Below are positions 7,568 through 15,050 of a stretch of 24,482 bases of DNA, piece by piece. The position numbers and the translations under genes are program-made. The DNA is taken from the NCBI GenBank assembly GCA_039208735.1, contig JBCCQY010000144.1, positions 1-24,482 of the forward strand, written 5' to 3'. This stretch comes from Myxococcota bacterium (GTDB lineage: Bacteria; Myxococcota_A; UBA796; GCA-2862545). A model generated the notes under the pieces. The model worked only from the letters and a program-made list of their open reading frames with translations. It was not told where the DNA came from and did not search any database. Numbering within the stretch: position 1 is the stretch's first letter; each line of letters starts with the position of its first letter.

Positions 7568-7600
7568 TCAGTCTCCCAAGGGTCCGCGCGTTGCCATATC

Positions 7601-7626
7601 GGAACAAAATGCGCGGAGGGCTCGTC
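7601..7626 (+). promoter_or_regulatory. ECF sigma-factor-type promoter (GGAAC-N17-CGTC)
   Basis: GGAAC 7601-7605, 17-nt spacer, CGTC 7623-7626, oriented toward the gene at 7720. Confidence 0.45.
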
Positions 7627-7719
7627 TCGTGACCCGGCTGTGACCCAACCCAGGACGTCACGTTCATGAGAGCGTCGTGAAGTGGAAATGGCGTTATCGC
7701 GTGTGCCCGGAGGGATCGG

Positions 7720-9552
7720 ATGATGAAGTTGTGGTGGCTCGTGGGCCTCTCGGCCTGTGTGACAGTCCTCCCGACCCCGTGCGACAACAACGCTACCTGC
7801 GAGGCGGCGTTTGGCGATGGCTACACCTGTGTCGAGGAGGTCTGCCAAGCGCCCGAGGAGGGGGTCACCGTTCCCCCCCTGCCGGTTCCGAAGGAGTGTG
7901 AAGATCTCACCGCACCGGTCGCCATCTCCGGCACCATCGACGGCAAGACGGTCTGGCGCTGCACCAACGTGCCCTACGTGATTTCCAGTTCGCTCACCGT
8001 GACGGGGTCGTTGAGCGTCGACCCTGGGGTCACGATTCAAATGACCAAGGACAGCGCCCTCATCGTCGAGAAGTCGGGTGACCTCGACATGGCGGGAACC
8101 AGCGCCGATCCCATCCGCGTCATGGGACCGACCAACACCGCCGGTGAGTGGGTGGGCATCATCGTGCGCGAGACGGCTGGCCCCGTCTCCCTCATCAACG
8201 TGCTGGTTCGCGGTGCGGGGGCACCCGGAACGTCGTTCGGCATCACGGATTCCGAACGGGCCGCCGTCATCGTCTTCAACGAAGCGAAGATCATCGGTAC
8301 CCAGATCGAGGATTCGTCGGCTCACGGCATTCGTTTTGCGCGAGAGGGCCGAGCCAACGAGTTCGAGACCAACGCGATCACCAACACCGCATGGAACCCG
8401 ATTCGGATCGAAGCGAACCAGGTGGGGAGCCTCTCGGGCTCGCACACCTTCACCCCAGACGCCAAGATCGAAGTGGACCCCGAGCTGCTCGACACTAGTG
8501 CGACCTGGGAGCCGCTTGGCGCGCCCTACGTGGTGGGCCTCGCGGGAGGGGGCTCCCTCGAAGTGGGCGTTCCGAGTTCCGACCCTCCGCTCCTCACGTT
8601 GGCCCCCGGGGTCAGGATCGAGTTTGCGCCCAAGACGTCGTTTAAGATCGGCAACGCGGGTGGGGGGGGATTGATCGCTCGTGGCACCGAGGCGTTGCCC
8701 ATCATCCTTACGTCAGCCCTTGAAGAGCCCGCCCCGGGCGACTGGTCGGGCCTTCTGTTTGCGTCGCTGGTGCAAGAAGACCAGGCCGAACTATCGTACG
8801 TGACCATCGAGTATGCAGGCACCTACGACTTGGCTGGGCTGACGGTGTGGCAAAGCCAAGCCACGCTTCGGATGGACCACTCGACCATCCGGCGCCACAT
8901 CGGCGAAGGCGCCAGCATCGGTGGCAAAGGCTCGTCAGCCGTGATCACCGAAACGGAATTCTCCGAAAACGGGGAGGACGGTCTGACGCTCTACGATGGG
9001 GTCATGGCCACGGTCGACGAGTGCGACTTCATCAACAACGGAGATGAGGGAATCAGCGTCGCCTACGGAGGAGATCCCGCCTTCGTCACCCACTGCACGT
9101 TCGAAGGAAACGTGAATGGCGCGATCCTCATCTCGCACGAACAACTCGGTACGGTCGGCGCCGGACACATCGCCAAGGGCGGGGGGCAGTACATCGCCTG
9201 GGACGAGTACTACGACACGCTGATCGAGTTTCCCGTGTTCCTTACCGATAAAGGCCTGCCCTACGTCGTCCAGACGCCCTTGCGGTTCCACGACACCGCC
9301 AACCTCAACTCGGCCACGTTGCATCTGGGGCCAGGCGTCCGTATGGACTTCGATTTCGACGCCTCTCTGAACATCGCCGAAGCAGGGCTGGGCGGCATCG
9401 TCGTGAATGCAACGCCCGGCAATCCTGCGATCTTTTCGGCCTGGAATGGCGTTTCATGGCGGGGCGTGTTCATCGACCCAACGGCGAACCCGGTGACAAT
9501 TCCAGCAGGAACCTTGATTGTGAACGACGCCATCGGCGGTGACCTTCCCTGA
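7720..9552 (+). CDS. Lipoprotein with right-handed parallel beta-helix repeats and a Cys-rich N-terminal module
   Basis: GGAGGG RBS; LVGLSA-C lipobox; three copies of LxxxPGVxxxx...G...xTxxxP(I/A)...WxGxxx; beta-helix-type repeats (ITETEFSENGEDGL, VDECDFINNGDEGI, VTHCTFEGNVNGAI). Confidence 0.8.
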   Translation: MMKLWWLVGLSACVTVLPTPCDNNATCEAAFGDGYTCVEEVCQAPEEGVTVPPLPVPKECEDLTAPVAISGTIDGKTVWRCTNVPYVISSSLTVTGSLSVDPGVTIQMTKDSALIVEKSGDLDMAGTSADPIRVMGPTNTAGEWVGIIVRETAGPVSLINVLVRGAGAPGTSFGITDSERAAVIVFNEAKIIGTQIEDSSAHGIRFAREGRANEFETNAITNTAWNPIRIEANQVGSLSGSHTFTPDAKIEVDPELLDTSATWEPLGAPYVVGLAGGGSLEVGVPSSDPPLLTLAPGVRIEFAPKTSFKIGNAGGGGLIARGTEALPIILTSALEEPAPGDWSGLLFASLVQEDQAELSYVTIEYAGTYDLAGLTVWQSQATLRMDHSTIRRHIGEGASIGGKGSSAVITETEFSENGEDGLTLYDGVMATVDECDFINNGDEGISVAYGGDPAFVTHCTFEGNVNGAILISHEQLGTVGAGHIAKGGGQYIAWDEYYDTLIEFPVFLTDKGLPYVVQTPLRFHDTANLNSATLHLGPGVRMDFDFDASLNIAEAGLGGIVVNATPGNPAIFSAWNGVSWRGVFIDPTANPVTIPAGTLIVNDAIGGDLP

Positions 9553-9612
9553 CCCCGCGCCCAGCAATAGGGGGGCAACACGCGGCGTACCAGGGCCGAC
9601 CAAGGAGGGTGC

Positions 9613-10041
9613 ATGCGAAAGGGAATCATCGGTCTGTGCGCGGTCCTCATCCTCGGATGCGCGGGCATCCAAGAGATGATCGAGCAAGCGACCAACGTAC
9701 AGATGGAAGTGAAGCAGGGCGAGGATGCAGTTCATCCTGCGGATTTCCCCTTGAGCCCTCCCGAAGGAGGGACGTTGATGAACTCCACGAACATGTCCAT
9801 GACCGGCCTGAGCACGCGAATCGTCGTCTACGAACTGCCCGCAGATACCGACGCGACACCGCTCCTTGACAAGTATGAAGCCGAGATCAAGCAGCACGGA
9901 ACCGACGTCCAACGGACGGCGACTCGAGTGGCGTTCGAAGGCTCCGATGGCAGAGTCATGGCGGTCGAACTTACGAGTGCCGGCGACAAAACTGTCGTCA
10001 CCCTGACCGAGGCCTCGATCAACCGCGACGCGGCCGAGTAG
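9613..10041 (+). CDS. Hypothetical lipoprotein (142 aa)
   Basis: AAGGAGG RBS; MRKGIIGLCAVLILG-C lipobox; PADFPLSPPEGG motif followed by an alpha/beta region. Confidence 0.8.
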   Translation: MRKGIIGLCAVLILGCAGIQEMIEQATNVQMEVKQGEDAVHPADFPLSPPEGGTLMNSTNMSMTGLSTRIVVYELPADTDATPLLDKYEAEIKQHGTDVQRTATRVAFEGSDGRVMAVELTSAGDKTVVTLTEASINRDAAE

Positions 10042-10071
10042 CCGCCGTTCGCGCGCACGGGTCGGGCCAAG

Positions 10072-10080
10072 TGCTATCAT
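10072..10080 (+). promoter_or_regulatory. Extended -10 promoter element for the 10105-15050 operon
   Basis: TGCTATCAT (TGn + TATCAT, 5/6 to TATAAT), 25 nt before the first start codon. Confidence 0.5.
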
Positions 10081-10104
10081 GCAGCGTCAACCACGAGGTG
10101 ACCA

Positions 10105-11034
10105 TTGCAGCGAATGTGGCCCCTCCTTGTTTTGCTCGGAAGCTGTGGATCGAACGGTTCGGACGCCCTCGGCGAGCCCCGTGAACCCGCTCCGTATTTG
10201 CCGGAACTCGGCGTCGATGCGCCAACGCCGGCCCTGAACAGTACCCAGGTCGCGGCGGCCGTGGAACAGCGGTTTGCTGAACTCGCCTTGGCCGCCCCGC
10301 TGGGCTTTCCTGCGGCGCTCGAGACTCTGCTCGCCAATGGCGAGCCGGGTTGTCCCGAGATCAACGACTTCAGTGCCGGCTCGCTGACCCAGTTCGCGAT
10401 TCGAGCGAACTGCACCACGAGCCAGGGCGTGTCGTTTGTCGGCAACATCGACTACAGCTTCGAGACGGGCCGCATCGAAGACGGTGACGCGGTCGACGGC
10501 ATGGAGTTCTTCGCCCAGGATTTCCGCATTGAAACACCGGGCGGCGCATACCTTACCGTCGACGGCTACTGCTCCTACAGCCACCGCACGAACGACTATG
10601 CGATGACGGCGGGGGTGTACTGCGATGGCACCCAGCTCGCCGACCCCACCACCGCGGGCGATGACCCGTGGCTTACCGGCGAAGTCTCTGGATTCCTTTC
10701 GAGCTTCATCGGCGATTTTTCGGGCTACCAGGTGGCCGTCGTGACCGCATCGATGGCCGTTGACGACCCCAATGTGGTGGGCGTGTCGTTCGAAGATCTG
10801 CGTTGGGAGCCCGGCCAATGCGACACCGAGATGCTCGGTTCAGGCTCGATTCGCGAGATCAATGGTGTGTGGCATGACGTGGTCTTCGCGGTGCGGCCCG
10901 AGGACGGAGACAAGGTGGTGGGCTGCGACGGCTGCGGATCCCATCTCGCTGCAGGCACCCCGCAGGACGAACCGGTCTGCAACACCGATGCACTGCCGCA
11001 ACTCATCGATTTTTCGGGAGGCCTGCCATGGTGA
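10105..11034 (+). CDS. Hypothetical acidic beta-rich lipoprotein with a C-terminal CxxC
   Basis: LLVLLGS-C lipobox; 8 further Cys including GCDGCG; start is TTG 10105 (GAGGTG RBS) or ATG 10114; overlaps the next gene by 7 nt. Confidence 0.8.
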   Translation: MQRMWPLLVLLGSCGSNGSDALGEPREPAPYLPELGVDAPTPALNSTQVAAAVEQRFAELALAAPLGFPAALETLLANGEPGCPEINDFSAGSLTQFAIRANCTTSQGVSFVGNIDYSFETGRIEDGDAVDGMEFFAQDFRIETPGGAYLTVDGYCSYSHRTNDYAMTAGVYCDGTQLADPTTAGDDPWLTGEVSGFLSSFIGDFSGYQVAVVTASMAVDDPNVVGVSFEDLRWEPGQCDTEMLGSGSIREINGVWHDVVFAVRPEDGDKVVGCDGCGSHLAAGTPQDEPVCNTDALPQLIDFSGGLPW

Positions 11035-12605
11035 GTGCTCGCTTCGCGGCGCTCCTCTTCCTGATGGCCTGCGGCTCGGAACCCTCCGCCCCGGTCGACG
11101 TCACATTGACCGCCGAGCAGTTGTTGGTTCGGGCCAGCCTCGATGTGCGAGGGACACGTCCTACCGCAAGCGAGATGCAAGCGGTGATCGACAACCCCGC
11201 CAGCGTCGATGACGTCATCGACGGGTTCGTCGAGGATGCCGGATTTCTCGAGCGCGTAAAATCAATGTTTGCGCCAGGATTTCGCACGCGAATCGACTTC
11301 TACCCTTTCGGCAGGGATGACCGGCGGGGTGACGTCAGCGAAGCCATCGGAGAGGAGCCGCTCGACCTCCTCGCGACGCTCGTGGCCAACGATCGACCCT
11401 ACAGCGACCTCGTGCTGGCCGACTACACGGTCGTGCGGCGTGAGTTGCTCGGGGTCTGGCCCCTCGAAGCCACGGACCGGGCCGTCAGCGCACCCGAGGG
11501 TACGGTGATCGCCGCCTACACCGACGGACGCCCCCACGCGGGGGTGCTTTCGTCGAATGCCATGTGGATCCGGCATCCTTCCACGCTTGAAAACGCCAAT
11601 CGGGGGCGGGCCAATGCCCTGACCCGGGCGCTGCTCTGCGAGAACTTCCTCGACCGCCCGATCGACTTCCCCACCGACCTCGATCTTTCGGACTCGGAGA
11701 CGATCCGCCAAGCGATTCGCGAAGAGCCGGCCTGCACCGCGTGCCATGCCACGCTCGATCCGCTTGCGAGCTACTTGTGGGGTTTCATGGACAGCGTGGC
11801 CGAAAGCCCCGAAGCGCTATCCACCTACGAGCCCACCCGCGAACGAGATTGGATGCGGTTTACCGACCGTCCTCCAGGCTACTTCGGCACGCCAGGGTCG
11901 GGATTGCTCGATCTCGGCATTCAACTCGCGAGCGACGAGCGATTCGTTCGGTGTGCCGTCGAGCGCGTCTACGAGGGCATGCTCGGTCGGGACGCAGCTC
12001 CCATCGACGACGGGGCCATCGCGGAGCATCGCGATGCTTTTGTGACGTCGGGTCTCGACCTGAAGGCCCTGGTTCGTTCCGTCCTCACCGACGCCCGCTA
12101 CCAGGGCACGCCGGTGCCGACCGCCTACGGGGGCCGGCCCGAAGCCGTCGAACTCAAGGTGATCACGCCAGACCAGCTCAGTCAGGAACTCGAAGCGCTC
12201 ACGGGCTACCGCATGACGTTCGACGAACGCGATGCCCTCCGGCTCGACAGCGGACTGCGGTCGGTCGCTGGCGGCAGTGACCAGGGCAACGCGACCCTTC
12301 CCTCGACGGGGCTCGCCCTCGTGCACCGCCGCCTCGCCGAAGCTGCGGCCGTGGGCCTGGTCGACGGCGTCGTGACGGACGGGGAACTCAGCCGCTTCCT
12401 GCCGAGCTTCGACCGAGCCCCGACCGGCGAACAACTCGCGGAACTCGTGCTCGTGACGTCATCCCAGCAGATTCCCGTCGACGGCCCCGAAGCAGACGCG
12501 CTCCTCGCGCTGTGGGAGGACAGTCGCGCACTTACAGACCCGCCAACCGCGTGGAAAGCCCTGTTGACCGCGCTGCTCTCTGATCCTGCCCGGCTGGTGT
12601 ACTGA
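11028..12605 (+). CDS. Lipoprotein with DUF1549/DUF1592/DUF1588/DUF1585-type domains and one CxxCH motif
   Basis: GGGAGG RBS; LLFLMA-C lipobox; LLVRASLDVRGTRPT, HAGVLSS, RGRAN..LLC, EPACTACHATLDP (CxxCH at 11733-11747), FVRCAVERVY, LKALVRSVLT. Confidence 0.75.
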   Translation: MVSARFAALLFLMACGSEPSAPVDVTLTAEQLLVRASLDVRGTRPTASEMQAVIDNPASVDDVIDGFVEDAGFLERVKSMFAPGFRTRIDFYPFGRDDRRGDVSEAIGEEPLDLLATLVANDRPYSDLVLADYTVVRRELLGVWPLEATDRAVSAPEGTVIAAYTDGRPHAGVLSSNAMWIRHPSTLENANRGRANALTRALLCENFLDRPIDFPTDLDLSDSETIRQAIREEPACTACHATLDPLASYLWGFMDSVAESPEALSTYEPTRERDWMRFTDRPPGYFGTPGSGLLDLGIQLASDERFVRCAVERVYEGMLGRDAAPIDDGAIAEHRDAFVTSGLDLKALVRSVLTDARYQGTPVPTAYGGRPEAVELKVITPDQLSQELEALTGYRMTFDERDALRLDSGLRSVAGGSDQGNATLPSTGLALVHRRLAEAAAVGLVDGVVTDGELSRFLPSFDRAPTGEQLAELVLVTSSQQIPVDGPEADALLALWEDSRALTDPPTAWKALLTALLSDPARLVY

Positions 12606-12619
12606 TGGGAGGACCGACC

Positions 12620-13846
12620 ATGCTTGCCAATCGTCGAACCTTCCTCGGGGGCACGCTTGCGGCCCTCTCCCTCGGGTGGTCTACGGCCCGGGCACAGGAG
12701 GCCGGAGGCCCGAGATTCCTCGTGGTGCAGGCCTCGGGGGGATGGGACCCCTTGGCCGTGTTTGCGCCGCTCTACGACCGTCGTGACGTGCAGATGGAGC
12801 CCGGCACCGACCGGATGAACATCGGCAACCTCACGCTGGTGGACGGGCCAGGCCGCCCCGCGGTGCGCACGTTTTTCGAACGCCACCACGCGCGCACCCT
12901 ACTCCTCAACGGGGTTGCGGCGCGCAGCGTCAACCACGAAACCTGTGCCGCGGTGGTGCTCACGGGGTCTACGTCAAACGATCGACCCGACTTCGCCACC
13001 CTGCTCGCTCACGGCGCCCGCGACCAGTACGACCTGCCCCACGTTGCCATCTCGGGCCCGGTGTTCCCGGGTCCCTACGGGGTGCTCGTAAGCCGGGCCC
13101 AAGGCGCCTTGGCTCCCCTTGTGCGGGGCGACCTCGCCGAGTTCGCAACGCCCCCGGTGGGTCGATTGCCTGATGCGGTGGGGCGGCGAGTGGACAGCTT
13201 CATCGACCAGCGCGTCGCGGCGCTGAAAGAGGGCCATCCCACCAGTCCCCACGCCAGAGACCTGGCCGAGGGATGGTCACGGGCCCGCCGCCTCATCGAC
13301 GACGCCACCAACTTCAACATCGAGTTCTCGGCCACCCTCGCGGGTCGCGCCGATACGGCGATCGATGCCCTGGCCGACGGCCTGTGCCGGTGTGCGACGA
13401 TCGACACAGGCTTCGTGTGGGACACCCACATCGACAATGCTGAGCAAGCCCTGCAGTTCCAGGCGCTGTTCACCGCCCTCGACCAAATCGTGCAACGCCT
13501 CGACAGCACCCCCGGACCAAGTGGCGCGCCGTTGGCGGAAGATACGGTGCTCGTCGTGCTCTCCGAGATGGCGCGAACGCCCATCTACAACGGCACGGGG
13601 GGCCGCGACCACTGGCCCTTCACCTCGATGATGCTTCTCGGCCCCGGCCTCACCGGAAACCGTCAGGTCGGCGCCTACAACGAGGGGTACCTCGGCATTG
13701 GCATCGACCCCGCTTCGGGCGACCTCGACGCGGCACGCGCAGGCATCAGCACCACTGACTTGTCGGCCACGCTGCTCGCATTGGGCGGAATGGACCCCGG
13801 TGAGTTCCTGCCGGGCGCGATTCCGCTGACGGGCCTCTTTGCATGA
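12620..13846 (+). CDS. Tat-exported DUF1501-family protein (alkaline phosphatase/sulfatase-like fold)
   Basis: GGAGGA RBS before ATG 12620; NRRTFLGG twin-arginine signal ending ARA; GGWDP, SVNHE, WDTH, SEMARTP, GRDHW motifs. Confidence 0.82.
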   Translation: MLANRRTFLGGTLAALSLGWSTARAQEAGGPRFLVVQASGGWDPLAVFAPLYDRRDVQMEPGTDRMNIGNLTLVDGPGRPAVRTFFERHHARTLLLNGVAARSVNHETCAAVVLTGSTSNDRPDFATLLAHGARDQYDLPHVAISGPVFPGPYGVLVSRAQGALAPLVRGDLAEFATPPVGRLPDAVGRRVDSFIDQRVAALKEGHPTSPHARDLAEGWSRARRLIDDATNFNIEFSATLAGRADTAIDALADGLCRCATIDTGFVWDTHIDNAEQALQFQALFTALDQIVQRLDSTPGPSGAPLAEDTVLVVLSEMARTPIYNGTGGRDHWPFTSMMLLGPGLTGNRQVGAYNEGYLGIGIDPASGDLDAARAGISTTDLSATLLALGGMDPGEFLPGAIPLTGLFA

Positions 13847-14175
13847 AGCCTTGGCTGCTTGTTTTCGGGTGCCTTCTCGGTTGCGATGGCGAAGCCCCGG
13901 CGTCCGCCTGCGACAGTGGGGTCCGTCAAACGTGGGAAACCTTTGGCCAGGGCTTCATGACCTCGCAATGCCAAGGCTGCCATGCCAGCACCACCCCAGA
14001 CCGCTTTGGCGCCCCCGAGTCCGTCGTGTTTGACACGGAAGAGGATGTCATCACGTTTGCTGAACGCATTCTCGACCGAGCCACCGGTCCCGACGCCGAC
14101 ATGCCTCCCGCCGGCGGCCCCACGAAGGACGATCGGGAGCGCTTGGAGCGTTGGATCCGCTGTGATTTGCCTTGA
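13843..14175 (+). CDS. Small monoheme cytochrome c lipoprotein
   Basis: ATGA overlap with the upstream stop; CLLG-C lipobox; CQGCH (13969-13983); distal MPP Met ligand; C-terminal LERWI helix. Confidence 0.85.
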   Translation: MKPWLLVFGCLLGCDGEAPASACDSGVRQTWETFGQGFMTSQCQGCHASTTPDRFGAPESVVFDTEEDVITFAERILDRATGPDADMPPAGGPTKDDRERLERWIRCDLP

Positions 14176-15050
14176 GCGCTGAACGACGCATCTGGCGCCA
14201 TTACTTTCCGCGCTTCGCCACGATGGACCTCGATCGTCTGCGACCGGGGTGCGAGCCTTTCGTGCAGGGTCCTGAAGACGCCGACCGCAGCATCGTGCTC
14301 ATTCACGGGCTGTCGGACTCGCCCTTCTTCATGCGCGCCATGGCCCGAGAATTCGCGGCCATGGGCTACCGCGTTTACGCCCCGTTGCTCGAGGGGCACG
14401 GCCTCGCGGCGGAACACATCGGCACGATGCCGGCGCCCGCGTGGCCGGTCTGGGTCGACAACGTGGCCTTCGCCATCGAAGAAGCGGGACGGGCCGGGAG
14501 GGAAGTCTCGATCGGGGGCCTGTCGACCGGAGGCACCCTCGCCGTCTACGCCGCGGTCCAGGAGCCAACGCGCATCGACGGACGGGTGTTTCTGTTCGCA
14601 CCCGCCTTGGCCATTGCGGGCGTCGCCGACTACCTATTTCGGCTGCCGCTTGTCTCGAGCATCCTCGGGCGCTTCGACCGCCCCGGAGGCTTCGTCCAGA
14701 CCGAACCCTGGGGTCACCCCTACCGCTACACGCGGCCCGCCGTTGACGCCGTCGAACAACTCGAACAGCTGATCTTGGCGATCGAAGGCCGGGTTCCCAG
14801 GCAGCCCGTCTGGGCCGTGCATTCCGAAGCCGACCAGACGGCGGCGTATGCCGCGACGGAACGCCTCGTCCTGCAAGCGGCCCAAGGCATGCTGTACCGC
14901 ATCGGCATCGCGTTTCAGGTGCCGCACGCGAGCGTGTTGCTCGATGAGCCGGTCCTCGCGCGCAACGGAAGCCCGCTCGAGCCCGCCAATCCGGTCTTTC
15001 AGCCCATGATGGCCTCGCTTCGGTCATTCATCATCGAAACCCAAGGTTAG
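14172..15050 (+). CDS. Alpha/beta hydrolase (carboxylesterase / monoacylglycerol-lipase-like)
   Basis: TTGA overlap; LIHGLSDSP, PLLEGHG, nucleophile GLSTGG, HSEADQT acid, VPHAS His; no signal peptide. Confidence 0.85.
   Translation: MSAERRIWRHYFPRFATMDLDRLRPGCEPFVQGPEDADRSIVLIHGLSDSPFFMRAMAREFAAMGYRVYAPLLEGHGLAAEHIGTMPAPAWPVWVDNVAFAIEEAGRAGREVSIGGLSTGGTLAVYAAVQEPTRIDGRVFLFAPALAIAGVADYLFRLPLVSSILGRFDRPGGFVQTEPWGHPYRYTRPAVDAVEQLEQLILAIEGRVPRQPVWAVHSEADQTAAYAATERLVLQAAQGMLYRIGIAFQVPHASVLLDEPVLARNGSPLEPANPVFQPMMASLRSFIIETQG

Noticed and set aside
8662..8669. G8 homopolymer in the beta-helix gene as a phase-variation tract
   Set aside because: Short, in frame, encodes a Gly run also echoed in the other repeats, and unremarkable at this GC content.
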